A stretch of DNA of 64,000 nucleotides from Eledone cirrhosa. Taxonomy: Eukaryota. Under the pieces are notes generated by a model. It was given only the letters and a program-made list of their open reading frames with translations. It did not search any database and was not told the origin of the DNA. This document shows positions 1-17,739 of the stretch, in pieces (the first letter of the stretch is position 1; the number at the start of each line of letters is the position of its first letter). The translations under genes and the position numbers were made by a program. The stretch spans positions 54,994,001 through 55,058,000 of the forward strand of contig OZ024746.1 of assembly GCA_964016885.1 (NCBI GenBank). Direction: 5' to 3'.

Positions 1-812
<812 letters not shown>

Positions 813-1320
813 ATCCTCAGCATTCTCGTGTAGCACCCATCCACCATCTGAGTGAGTTTCTTGGTCAGTGTCTGAGTCTCAGACCCATACAGCAGCACAG
901 ACTCCACTACAGCAATGAAGAGGCGTATTTTGAGGTCTCTACGAAGGTCCGACTTCCACACCGATCTCAAGCTGTGGCACGCCGCCCAGGCCTTGATCTT
1001 CCTCTCAACCACATCATCCTCCGTATTCCCAATATTTGCTCCCAAATACAGGAAGTCCTCAACCAATTCCAGCGGCTTCCCGCCTACATTAGTGATCCCC
1101 TCTGGCTTCTCAACATTCTCTACCAGATATTTTGTTTTAGTCTCATTCATTCTCAGCCCCACACTCATCGACACAGTCTCAACCTCCCGCATCAAATCCT
1201 CTGCCTCCTTCACTGTATTTGTCACCAACACTATGTCGTCGGCAAATTCAGCATCCGATACCTTTTTCGCCCCAACTCTCCTGCTCTGAGCCGGTGCTAC
1301 AGTAAAGCCATTAATCAGTA
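813..1320 (-). mobile_element. RTE-X-like LINE fragment (RT C-terminal half), inverted relative to its own 3' end
   Basis: Minus strand reads [29 protein letters not shown]...[12 protein letters not shown]...DFLYLG...[10 protein letters not shown]...GCYTRMLR. This has the FADD catalytic motif and RTE thumb motifs. Confidence 0.88.
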
Positions 1321-1325
1321 TACAC

Positions 1326-1639
1326 TGAGGATGAAAAACTCAGAGCTGTATGGGAGCATCCCAAAAGTCAGCTCAAATGTGACACAGAGGAGACTGAGGT
1401 TGGCTGGACATGCTCACCGACATCCAGAGTTGACATTGCACTCAGTGCTCCTTTGGGAGCCCCTACATGGACACACTAGAAGAGAAAGACCAAGGTTAAC
1501 ATATGTTGATGCCCTAAGGACAGACACTGGTCTGTTGGAGATGCAGGATATGGCAGCGATAATGAGGGACAGAGACCGCTGGAGAGAACTCGTCCATGGA
1601 TCTCGGGAATTTTACCCGCCTTAGATAGATAGATAGATA
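1326..1639 (+). mobile_element. 3' end of the same RTE-X-like LINE with (GATA)n tail
   Basis: MKNSELYG...RRLRLAGHAHRH...LLWEP...RPRLTYVD...DRDRWR, stop at 1622-1624, then tagatagatagatagat. Confidence 0.85.
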
Positions 1640-1695
1640 TATGTATATATATATATGTATATTTATGTACATATATGTATATGTATATATGTATA

Positions 1696-1794
<99 letters not shown>

Positions 1795-1913
1795 GTATAT
1801 ATGTATATGTATATATATATATGTATAAGTATATATATATATGTATATATAGATATGTATATATATATGTATATGTATTTATATATATGTATATGTATAT
1901 ATATATGTATATG

Positions 1914-1996
<83 letters not shown>

Positions 1997-2297
1997 GTAT
2001 ATATATATGTATATATATATATATATATGTATATGTATATGTATATATATATATGTATATGTATATATATATATGTATATGTATATATATATATGTATAT
2101 ATATATATGTATATGTATATATGTATATATATATGTATATATATATATGTATATATATATGTATATATATATATGTATATATATATGTATATATATATAT
2201 GTATACATATATGTATATATATATATGTATACATATATGTATATATATATATGTGTATATATATATGTATATATATATGTATATATATATGTATATA

Positions 2298-2360
<63 letters not shown>

Positions 2361-2581
2361 GTGTATATATATATGTATATATATATGCATATGTATATGT
2401 ATATATATGTGTATATATATATGTATATATATATGTGTATATATATATGTATATATATATATGTATATATATATGTATGTATATATATGTATATATATAT
2501 ATATATGTATATATATATGTATATATATATATGTATATATATATATGTATATATATATGTATATATATATATATGTATATT

Positions 2582-2656
<75 letters not shown>

Positions 2657-2701
2657 GTAGATATATATATGTATATATATATGTATATATATATGTATAT
2701 A

Positions 2702-2777
<76 letters not shown>

Positions 2778-2802
2778 AATTCAGCGAGAATCGCATTTAG
2801 GC

Positions 2803-2888
<86 letters not shown>

Positions 2889-2909
2889 GTTTGTGTGTGT
2901 TTGTATGAG

Positions 2910-3009
<100 letters not shown>

Positions 3010-3137
3010 TGTTTATGTGTGTATTGACAAACTTACGACACATATACATGTAACTTCTCGCAAGTATTTTATTTTTCATATTGAAGTTGGTTGTGAAAAA
3101 ACAAAAAAAGTAAAATAATATAACAATACCAAAACGA

Positions 3138-3153
3138 TAATAATAATAATAAC

Positions 3154-3236
<83 letters not shown>
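3138..3236 (+). repeat. (AAT)n microsatellite
   Basis: Direct reading. Confidence 0.95.
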
Positions 3237-3237
<1 letters not shown>

Positions 3238-3960
3238 GTGATATGAATAACAATAACAGCAGCAGCAGCAGTAAATAAATGGAAAGCAGACAGAAGCTGG
3301 AGAGATTTTTCTTGACAATATTTCGATATTAGCTTTCATAAGAGAATGGAGATAGGTTGTTCAGAGAAGGGTGGTATAGAACGCGGTGGTGGAGAGAAAT
3401 ATAGTATGAAATTGATATTAATCTATTGGTGAAAATAGAAAATAGAAAACATAATTCTTTTTATCGTCAAACGTTCAAACTGTACTTTATCATATTATAC
3501 AATTTTTCACATATTCACACACGGCAAAATAGAAACTAGAAAGAATGTGCTCTCCTTGTGCTTATATGTTGAAGATATGAATGTTGTTGATATAAAACAG
3601 ACGCCATTGTGTGTGTTTCTCTCTATGCCTGTTGTGGATGCTATTATTTTTGTTGTTATTATTATTGCTTCAGTTGGGCCGACTCTGATCATGCGCCTGT
3701 ATGCTGGCGAATTTGAGGAAGAGAGGGCTGCCCTTCACGAGTGCTCTCGAAGCGTCGGGTGGTTCAGGATTTTTTGGGTCCCATAATCAACCCTGGGTGG
3801 TTATCCTCCCTACTGAGCACTTGTTCATTGTTGTATTTTTCTTGTTTATTGTTATTGTTTTCTTATCGTTTACTCGATTTTTATGTAAAACCTCCACTAT
3901 TGTATTGTTCCCTATATGTCGGCCCTTGTGGCCAATACATGAAACCATTATTATTGATTC

Positions 3961-4156
3961 GGCGGATTGGCAGTATCAGTAGAACTTCGGACGCCATACT
4001 TTGACGCAAAGAATTACGTCCCTCTACGATCTGTGTTCAAATCCCGCCGAGGTTAACTTTGCCTTTCATCATTACAGGGTCGATAAAATAAAGTATCAGT
4101 AATGTACTTTCATTGTAATTACTGGCCTCGTACCAAAAGTAGAAACAATTATTATT
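3961..4156 (+). mobile_element. tRNA-derived SINE (Nin-domain-like family)
   Basis: A-box-like TGGCAGTATCAG, B-box GTTCAAATCC, core gcctttcat...gggtcgataaaataaagt, and (ATT) tail. The same family occurs at 22552, 57165, 58075, 60338 and 61485. Confidence 0.8.
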
Positions 4157-4328
4157 GCTTCTGTTCTATTATCTCTTTATTTTTGTTTTTTCCTGAAATT
4201 GTCATCGTTGTTAAGGTTTTTGTGTAGAAGTTATGGATGTAGTTTTATTTCTTATTGTCATTGCTTATGTTATAGTTGTTATCCTTGTTGTCGTCATCTC
4301 TGCTGTTATTGTTGTTTTCGTTGTAGGG

Positions 4329-4625
4329 CAGAGATTCTCAATGTGGGCACTACTGCTCCTCAGGGGGCGTTGATAAAGTCCAGGGATCGCTGGGACCTAA
4401 CGGGGTGGTATATATTATAAAATGATGCATATTATGTATATAGTAAAATAAAAAAAATATATAATATTTTTTATACATAGTATAATATATAAATTAAAGA
4501 TTTTATTTATTATATATTATTTACAACCTGTGTATAGGCAGGTCTATATGGAAATAGTTGTGCGGAGCGCTGAGGTTATTACGTGGCTCTGAATGGGGGT
4601 GGCTAAACAAACTTGTGAGCATCTG
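4329..4625. mobile_element. Old hAT/Charlie-like MITE
   Basis: Ends CAGAGATTCTCAA... and ...TTGTGAGCATCTG form a degenerate CAG-starting TIR. The flanking 8-mers TTGTAGGG (4321-4328) and TTGCAGGG (4626-4633) match 7/8, consistent with a hAT TSD. Confidence 0.55.
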
Positions 4626-5906
4626 TTGCAGGGTAACTATCAGTAGTGAGACTTCTTTCGTTTCTTGGTTATTATTATTTATTTGGTTCTTTGAAGAAAG
4701 ATCTGTGCATCGTTGAACAGTTTGACTATTATTTCCACGACTTTAATTATTTTGTAATATTTTGTCTCCCAATAAATTGGATTCATGCCGCTTTCTGTCC
4801 AAATATTTTGGACTTAAAATCTGCAGAACCATTTCTGAATGTACACTAACATTTTACTGTGATAAACTAATTACATGTATTGGCAATTTTATGACACAGC
4901 GATAATGAAATACACTGTATTTACATAATTCATAAAGATTTATTAAAATTAATTATATCAATTATCCAGTTGATATTTGAACACGTAAACTCTCCAAATA
5001 CCGGTCGCTCTTCAACAGTTTTACGATCGAGTCCGTAGCAGTGGAGATGACTGGTGCCATTGGCCCTAGGACCACCTCCCTACTCATTACCATCGGCACG
5101 GAGTTGGCTACGCGCAGGTGTAAGCTTTAAGAGCTGGAATGTTTCTTCCAAAGCGTCTCCTTCACCATGCTCCGGCGAAGCACTTTTTCTATTCTGTCCG
5201 CCGTGACCAGGAGGCGGCATGCCTGTGGGCTCCCATTAGCACATAATAGTGAGAAATGATGAGAGCGAGAGAGATGGAGGCAGAGGGTGAATGAGAGAGT
5301 ACTTGATAAGTCACATGTTCTATCATGAAAATTTGTTTATATAAGTTTTATCTCTTATTTATAATTATGCCCCTAATCCCCAACCACCACCTAACTTTTT
5401 ACTTAACTAGAACTTATATAAAATTATACCAGAGGATTTCAAACAGGAATATTTTAACGTGGGAGGGGGGGGATTTGTTTCCTAGACAAAGAGTATTCAT
5501 GACAGGTTGGTTAAGAAGATGAACACGGGTTGACTTGGAATTTCCGGAATTTTGCTTCCATTTGAAGAAGATTCGACATTAGATTTGAATAAATTCAGAA
5601 ACGTTATAAACAGGCACCTATACCGAACAATAATGCTGGAACAAACTCAATACATATGTAGAGTACTATGTAATGCATTACAGTGAATCTATATCAGTGA
5701 CCTGAAGGCTTAAGTTTACTTACAAAATTTGTTTCATAAGTGCACTTAAGCACAAATCAACATGGCCACAAACCACTAGAATAGCTTTGCAACTATAAGA
5801 AGTAGTCGTAGATACACACGTACACAGACGTGTATGTATACTCACATATACACACGGACACACACACACATATATATACATATATATGTATACACGTATA
5901 TATATA

Positions 5907-6085
<179 letters not shown>

Positions 6086-6147
6086 ATATATATGTATACA
6101 TATATATATAAGTATATATATGTATATATATGTATATATATATAGAC

Positions 6148-6178
<31 letters not shown>

Positions 6179-6470
6179 CATATGTATATATATGTATATA
6201 TATATATAGACATATATATATATATGTATATATATGTATATATATGTATATACATATGTATATACATGTATATATACATATGTATATATATGTATATATA
6301 TACTGTATATATACCGTATATATATGTATATGTATGTATATGTATGTATATATATGTATATGTATGTATATATACTGTATGTATATATATATATATATAT
6401 TTACTGTATATATATGTAATATATATATATATATATACTGTATATATATGTATAAATATGTATATGTATG

Positions 6471-6508
<38 letters not shown>

Positions 6509-6613
6509 CTGTATATATATGTATTATATATATATATATATATACTGTATATATATGTACATATATATATACTGTTGTATATATCCTATAAATATGTATA
6601 TATATATATATAC

Positions 6614-6745
<132 letters not shown>

Positions 6746-6832
6746 GTATATACTGTATATATATGTATATATATATATGTATATACTGTATATATATGTA
6801 TATATATATATATATGTATATACTATATATAA

Positions 6833-6912
<80 letters not shown>

Positions 6913-6974
6913 CTGTATATATATGCATATATACAATATATATATATATATATGTATATACTGTATATATATGC

Positions 6975-7005
<31 letters not shown>

Positions 7006-7719
7006 GTCGTATATACTGTATATATATGTATATAAAGAGAAATGATATATCGTCCAGGTGTGTGAACGACATCTCATCTTTCTAAGATTATTAATTAAAA
7101 CAGAACGGCTTTCGATAACAAGGCTAATCTTTTATTAAATGATTAATTTAACAAAACACAACATAATAATTACATTCATAGGACATAGCCTGCAAGCTAA
7201 ACGGCAATGGCTTAATTCTTACATTCAAGAAGAGATATGAAAATCTCTTGGTCAAAAACAGGCGTTTCTACAAAGTACGTCCACGTGGCAGGTCAAAGGC
7301 GACTGGAATTGAAAACCAAATCTCTTGAGTTTTGCATTGGCGTCTCTTCTTTTAGAGAACGCCGAGATAAGGGAAGTAATTCGCTATTTTTTTCTGTTAC
7401 CCACAGGTGCGACACTGCGTTGCTACAGTCAACACACTGTCGCCATAGTTACTACAATCACCTCCGACCAGATTTTTAATAAAAATCGTAAACAAACGAT
7501 AGCATGGAGGAACTAGAAGTTGTAAATTGGTGCAAGAAAAATTCCTGTAGTATATAACAATGAAGCCAAAGCCTTACAAGGTACTCTTTACAAGTTGTTG
7601 AAACTGGTTTCAAAACGAACAATATAGTGGTGAAATAGGTTAATGCATGCAAGCATTACACAAAAAATATACAACAAATGCAATAATTATACATATGATC
7701 CGGACTAACAATTCGTAAT

Positions 7720-8160
7720 CTTCCTTGCGTCAGCTGTGGGAATGATTTTAACAAACTGTGATACTGGTTGCCCACTTCAGCCAAGAAAAAAGCAGGGCTT
7801 ACTGTGGCGATCTCCGGCTTTGTACCCTCGAACGATAGGCCTGTATTAGCATCAAAAAGTCGTTGTCTGCGGATGTCAATCGACAAGGAAAAATGGTGGA
7901 GAAAATCCGCTCCCAAAATGGCGTTATGGCAAGTCGGCGATAGTAAACTTCCACTTCAATTCACGAAGCAAATTTTTTAACCGAAGAGGAAGCGAAATTT
8001 GCCCATACGTTCGAATAGCCGTGTGGTTGACTGCTCGTAAATTTATATTTGATTCAGATGGGTTTTTTTTTTAGATAACTGACTGGCCAAATACTCAGCG
8101 ACGCGCCAGTATCGACAAGGAAAAATGTTTTTGACCGCAGGTCGTATACGAAAAGATGGC
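7720..8160 (-). pseudogene. Gypsy aspartic protease remnant
   Basis: FLVDTGA at ~8103-8123 and ILGADFLHHFSLSIDIRRQRL at ~7860-7920. Confidence 0.8.
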
Positions 8161-8196
8161 GGTTCGGTCGATTTTCCCAGAGTTCACTAGCCGCCC

Positions 8197-9066
8197 CTAG
8201 TGGCTCTTCTTTGCGTTTTCCGATCTCTTGTAATTAAAGGGCGTGCGACAACGTTGTGCCCTACTGCCGAAGTTAGCATGATACCAACAAAACGAAGAAT
8301 TATTGTTGTCTACGTTGTAGTGCTGGCGATGAATAGAAGACGGCGGCGAACGGTACTCGTAGCGGTTTCGAGGAATAGCAGACGGAGCCGAACGGTACTC
8401 GTAGCGGTTTCGAGGAATAGCAGACGGAGGCGAACGGTACCTCAAACGTTGAGAAGGCTCTCTGTGTTGTACGGTCAAATCCTCCACTTTTTGGGTGAGC
8501 TTTTCTATCATCTCCAACAGTTTGCTGTCGGCCACAGAAGAATTGCGTGGGGGGAGCAGAAGAAAAAGCCACACAAGGATTATGCCGACTGCTGTTAGAG
8601 TCCACCTCTAGTATTCTATCCGCGGAAGCGGCAAGTTGATCTAACGATTCCCTCTCCAAATTATTGACCAAGACCATCTGCGCACTTGGCGGTAAACGAG
8701 AGAAAAATAGTTGTTTGAGGAATGGGGTGTCCATCCCCTGGGAGTCGCTCAATTCCCGCAGATGTTGCAAATAGGAGCTTGGCGTCCTGTCACCCATTTG
8801 CGCATCATCTAACAATTCTCTAAAATGACTTTCCGCTGACTTGGTATTCCTCCGAATAATTTCCCTTTCAACGAGCCATAAGTAATGTCTGCGGCTAAAT
8901 TGGTTACCACATCCTTCACGGAATATGCCAACGACACAGGAAAGCCACTAACTAGTACCTTCAGTTTATGCTGCTCTTTGGTTTTGGTTAAATCAAAATA
9001 GCATTTAAGCTGCAAAAACCATAATTTGATGTCGCCTGCAAAGGACGGCAAATGATGTGGATTCAT
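8197..9066 (-). pseudogene. gag: Frameshifted Gypsy gag
   Basis: Three overlapping frames: LPSFAGDIKLWFLQLKCYF, MGDRTPSSYLQHLR...LKQLFFSRLP...LAASADRILE, and C-terminal CWYHANFGSRAQRC. Confidence 0.85.
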
Positions 9067-9729
9067 GATTGCCGAAGAATCTCCCAGGACAAAACTATGT
9101 CTTTGAAGCAGCCACTCGACCAAAAGGCCACACTGAAATTCAAAATCTTATTCACGCGAATTCAACTGAACATTTTTTGAAAATTCTCGCCGGCCAAAAT
9201 AAAATTTGCATAATAAAAAAAAATATTTTCCATGAAAATTATTTGGTAAGAAAATCCCAAGATGGCTGATTGAAAAATGTGTTTGTGATGAAGAAGCCGT
9301 CATGTGTCACGATGCAGCCAATCAGATGGCTGGGATTGAAGAAGACAAGCTGTACGCGGGGAAAACAACATTTTTGAGTCTCCATTTTGTTATTTTAACA
9401 GAAGGTTGAAAGCAAAATTTTATATCCAGAGAAATCCTTTTTTTTTTTTCTTTTTTCTTTTTTAAGAGAGAAGTTGATGCAAAAGGAAAAATATGTTCAC
9501 CCAAAGACAAGATACCAAACAACAACGGGCCTGAATTCCATATATAATATATGTGCAGCGTCGTACACTTTGTACATAAAATAATATCATTGTTGATAAA
9601 ACGCTGGATGAGTTGTGTTAATTTTTTTTTGTTTTTATCTAACTATGCTTGCAAGGCAGGTCAGAAGGAGATACAATTCAGCAATACAGAAGAATTTTAA
9701 ATACAGAAGAATTTTAAAAGTTGTTCTTA

Positions 9730-9742
9730 GTCGGGGTCACCA
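9730..9742 (-). promoter_or_regulatory. Primer-binding site (tRNA-Trp type)
   Basis: TGGTGACCCCGAC immediately follows the 5' LTR and is complementary to the tRNA-Trp 3' end ...GUCGGGGUCACCA. Confidence 0.8.
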
Positions 9743-10166
9743 ATAAAGAGAAATGATATATCGTCCAGGTGTGTGAACGACATCTCATCTCTCTAAGATT
9801 ATTAATTAAAACAGAACGGCTTTCGATAACAAGGCTAATCTTTTATTAAATGATTCATTTAACAAAACACAACATAATAATTACATTCATAGGACATACC
9901 CTGCAAGCTAAACGGCAATGGCTTAATTCTTACATTCAAGAAGAGATATGAAAATCTCTTGGTCAAAAACAGGCGTTTTTTACAAAGTACGTCCACGTGG
10001 CAGGACAAAGGCGACTGGAATTGAAAACCAAATCTCTTGAGTTTTGCATTGGCGTCTCTTCTTTTAGAGAACGCCGAGATAAGGGAAGTCATTCTCTATT
10101 TGTTGGTGTTACCCACAGGTGGCGCCACTGCGTTGCTATAGTCAACACACTGTCGTCATAGTTACT

Positions 10167-10211
<45 letters not shown>

Positions 10212-10384
10212 CTGTATATATATGTATATAAATATATATATATATATGTATATACTGTATATATATGTATATAAATATATATATATATATGTATATACTG
10301 TATATATATGTATATAAATATATATATATATATGTATATACTGTATATATATGTATATATATATATATATATATATGTATATAA

Positions 10385-10442
<58 letters not shown>

Positions 10443-10538
10443 CTGTATATATATGTATATATATATACTGTATATATATGTATATATATATATATTTATA
10501 TATACTGTATATATATGTATATATATATTGTATATATA

Positions 10539-12768
<2,230 letters not shown>

Positions 12769-12849
12769 CTATGTATATATATATATATGTATATATATGT
12801 ATATATATGTATATGTATATGTATATATATATATATATGTATATATATA

Positions 12850-12935
12850 CGAGTGCTTTGCTAACCCATCACTTCATATAAGTAGGCCGAATTTACTTGC
12901 AAACCGCCAGAGATTCAATTTTACTGATTTCCCAT

Positions 12936-13013
<78 letters not shown>

Positions 13014-13068
13014 TATATACATATATGTATGTATATATATATTATAGATGCATATATATGCTTATATA

Positions 13069-13146
<78 letters not shown>

Positions 13147-13206
13147 CATATATATATATATATATATATATTTATACATATATATATATACATATATATA
13201 TATATA

Positions 13207-13250
<44 letters not shown>

Positions 13251-13487
13251 CATAATATATATATACATATATATATATATACAAATATATATATATACAA
13301 ATATATATATATATGTATATATGTATATATATATATATGCATATATATGTATATATATATGTATATATATGTATATATATATATGTATATATATGTATAT
13401 ATATGTGTATATATATGTATATATATCTATATATGTGTATATATGTATATATATGTATATATGTTATATATGTATAATATATATATG

Positions 13488-13518
<31 letters not shown>

Positions 13519-13693
13519 GTATATATATATATGTATATATATGTATATATATATATTATAGTATATATATGTATATATATATATATATGTATATATATAT
13601 GCATATATATGTATATATATATGTATATATATAGCATATATATGTATATATATATATGTATATATATATGCATATATATGTATATATATATGC

Positions 13694-13727
<34 letters not shown>

Positions 13728-13795
13728 GCATATATATATATATATATGTATAAAGATATGCATATATATATATATATATGTATATATATATGCAG

Positions 13796-13829
<34 letters not shown>

Positions 13830-13865
13830 GCATATATATATATGTAGAACATATGTATATATATA

Positions 13866-13930
<65 letters not shown>

Positions 13931-14049
13931 GCATATATATATATATGTATATATATATGCATATATATATATGTATATATATATGCATATATATATATAT
14001 ATGTATATATATGTATATATATATAAGTATATATATATGTATATTTATA

Positions 14050-14137
<88 letters not shown>

Positions 14138-14272
14138 ATATTATGTTATTATATATATATATGTATATATATACATGTATATATATACGAGTACTTTGCT
14201 AACCCATCACTTCATATAAGTAGGCCGAATTTACTTGCAAACCGCCAGAGATTCGATTTTACTGATTTCCCA
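12850..14272 (+). repeat. Two copies of an ~85-bp unique segment (12850-12935 and 14189-14272) separated by microsatellite
   Basis: gagt(g/a)ctttgctaacccatcacttcatataagtaggccgaatttacttgcaaaccgccagagattc... occurs twice, and the following TA variants are also similar. Confidence 0.85.
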
Positions 14273-14293
14273 TACGTATATATATATATATGT

Positions 14294-14325
<32 letters not shown>

Positions 14326-14440
14326 GTATATATATTTATATATATATACATATATGTATGTATATATATATATTATATATGCATATATATGCTTATATAT
14401 GCATACATATATATATGTATATATATATATATATGTATAT

Positions 14441-14930
14441 TCCCAAAGTATAACAATATGTAGGCGTCTGTCATCTTACCATCCCATTCCTACTGACTAG
14501 CCTCTGTGTCACGTGATTGATTCTTTAGAATCGGCCATATGATCAGTGCCAGTGAGAATTTTCAGTGGCTGGAATCCAGTCCTCGATAGCTGTTCCATTT
14601 GCCGAATTATTATTATTTTTATATGAGTCCCCAGTGTCCGCGCATCGCCTGGAGACTCGGCTGAGAATGACCTCCCTGATGACGCAATGAAATTCTCAAC
14701 AGTTCATTACGTAACTGTCTTTATCTCATTGCAGAAACTAATTAGTTGGAGTGAAAATTTAAGTAAGTAAATTTTTTTTTAAATATTTTTTAAAGAAATT
14801 TTCTTATTTTACGTCTTATATATTATTGTTCTGCATTCTCCTGCATTGAACCACCTAGATACTATGACATAACCTGTGTATTTGCTGGCATTAGCGTACA
14901 TCTGTGCGCTTATGTTAGTAGATATATTAA
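14441..14930 (+). mobile_element. Retrozyme-like non-coding HHR element, copy 1
   Basis: Homologous to 38795-39350 and 52834-53768. No ORF. HHR at 14672-14751. Confidence 0.8.
14672..14751 (+). ncRNA. Type I hammerhead ribozyme motif
   Basis: ctcc-CTGATGA-c-gcaatga...tcattgc-a-GAAA-ctaattag-TT-ggag, with palindromic stem III. Confidence 0.78.
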
Positions 14931-15159
14931 ACTATCTATCTATATATATATATATAAATATATATATACATATATATATATACAAATATATATATATACA
15001 AATATATATATATACAAATATATATATATGTATATATGTATATATATACATATATATATATGTATATATATATGTATATATATGTATATATATATATTGT
15101 ATATATATGTATATATATGTGTATATATATGTATATATATGTATATATGTATATATATG

Positions 15160-15222
<63 letters not shown>

Positions 15223-15287
15223 GTATATATATATATATGTATATATATTGTATATATATGTATATATATATATGTATATAAATGTAT

Positions 15288-15843
15288 ACTCTTTTACTCT
15301 TTTACTCTTTTACCTGCTTCAGCCATCCGGCTGAGGCCATGCTGGGGCACCGCCCTTGTTGCTACACATTTTATCTCCAGCCTGTATAGGTTGGCCACTG
15401 GTGTAGGAGGGAGTTTGTTGCTGCTGCCCTTAGGTTTCCCTCGTGTCTTGCTGTGGGCTCATCCGGGATCCTGGATGACAAGGTGTCGAGATATTTCTTA
15501 AAGACATCCACTTCCACGTCATGCAAGTCTCGCAGATGCCTCGGCAGCCTGTTGAAGAGTTGAGGGCCCTTGAATCCCAGGCTATTGCAATACCTGCTCC
15601 TTATTCTAGATGTGGAAGACGGGACCTTTGGCACCACACAGTGACATCCTGTTCGACGGTTGGTCAGCTCCCAATGCCAAAGTTTGGTGCTAGTTCCTCC
15701 AGGATTTTCCACATGTAGATCACTGCGTATCTCTCCCGTCTTCGCTCCAAGGAGTAGAGGTTCAGTTCCTTCAGCCTCTCCCAGTAGCTTGTCTCACTCA
15801 TCTTGGCAATCCTCTTGGTGTAGCTTCGCTGGATTGCCTCAAG
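15288..15843 (-). mobile_element. CR1-group LINE 3' fragment
   Basis: LEAIQRSYTKRI...[21 protein letters not shown]. Same family as 24515-26125, with a (GTAAAAGA)n tail. A duplicated-block copy is at 26842-27323. Confidence 0.88.
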
Positions 15844-15867
15844 TATATATATATATATATATAAGTG

Positions 15868-15985
15868 AAGGCGTGTGGCTGAGTGGTTAGAGAATTGAAT
15901 TCGCAATCGTAAGGTTGTGAGTTCGATTCCTGGACCAGGCGATGCGTTATGTCCTTGAGCAAGACACTTTATTTCACGTTGCTCC
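15868..15985 (+). mobile_element. tRNA-derived SINE head, truncated
   Basis: A box TGGCTGAGTGG, B box GTTCGATTCC, then gtccttgagcaagacacttt. A duplicated-block copy is at ~27350-27467. Confidence 0.75.
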
Positions 15986-16090
15986 TTCTACCTGGAGTTG
16001 CGACCGATAGATAGTATTAGCAATTGGAAAGACCAACGGAAACATTGTTCCCTCGGTCCGATTTGACAAAAAGTAGATCGTTTAAGATAT

Positions 16091-16122
<32 letters not shown>

Positions 16123-16400
16123 AATATGTATAATATATATGTATATATATATATGCATATATATGTATATATATATGCAAATATATATATATGTATATAT
16201 ATATGCATATAAAATATATATATGTATATATATATGCATATATAGATATATGTATATATATATGCATATATATATATATATATGTATATATATATTCATA
16301 TATATATATATATGTATAATATATATGCATATATATATATATATATATATATAAATATGTATATATATATGCATATATATATATATGTATATATATATGC

Positions 16401-16436
<36 letters not shown>

Positions 16437-16647
16437 GCATATATATTATATGTTATATATATATGCATATATATATATATGTATATAAATATGTATATAT
16501 ATATAAGTATATATATATGTATATTTATAATATATATTTATATATATAATGTATATATATATATATGTATATATATATATGTATATATATATATATGTAT
16601 ATATATATATGTATATATATGTATATATATATGTATCTATATATATG

Positions 16648-16678
<31 letters not shown>

Positions 16679-16805
16679 GTATATATATATGTATATATAT
16701 GTATATATATATGTATATATATATGTATATGTATATATATATGTATATATATATATGTAAATATATATGTATATATATGTATATATGTATATATATATAT
16801 ATATG

Positions 16806-16915
<110 letters not shown>

Positions 16916-16983
16916 GTATATATATATATGTATATATATATGTTATACTTTATATATATACATATATATAAATATACATATAT

Positions 16984-17048
<65 letters not shown>

Positions 17049-17063
17049 CATATATATATATAC

Positions 17064-17117
<54 letters not shown>

Positions 17118-17199
17118 GTATATATATATATATATGTATATATATGTATATATATATATACGTATATATACATATATATAAAGATATACATATATATAA

Positions 17200-17638
<439 letters not shown>

Positions 17639-17653
17639 ATATATCTATATATC

Positions 17654-17735
<82 letters not shown>

Positions 17736-17739
<4 letters not shown>

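Larger units (their letters stand above)
7032..10169 (-). mobile_element. Gypsy-type LTR retrotransposon, internally deleted (gag and protease remnants; no RT/RNaseH/IN)
   Basis: Near-identical ~425-bp LTRs at 9743-10169 (5') and 7032-7456 (3'), starting TGTAGTAAC on the minus strand. PBS and gag/PR lie between them. Confidence 0.92.

Noticed and set aside
4990-5245. GC-richer stretch that might be an exon or LINE remnant
   Set aside because: No recognisable protein motif or convincing splice and frame support.
12850-14272. Repeat-spacer pattern resembling CRISPR
   Set aside because: Only two copies separated by microsatellite, in eukaryotic DNA with no cas genes.
15868-15945. tRNA-like A/B boxes (also 61078-61140)
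   Set aside because: They continue into SINE body sequence and do not form a full cloverleaf, so I called them SINE heads rather than tRNA genes.
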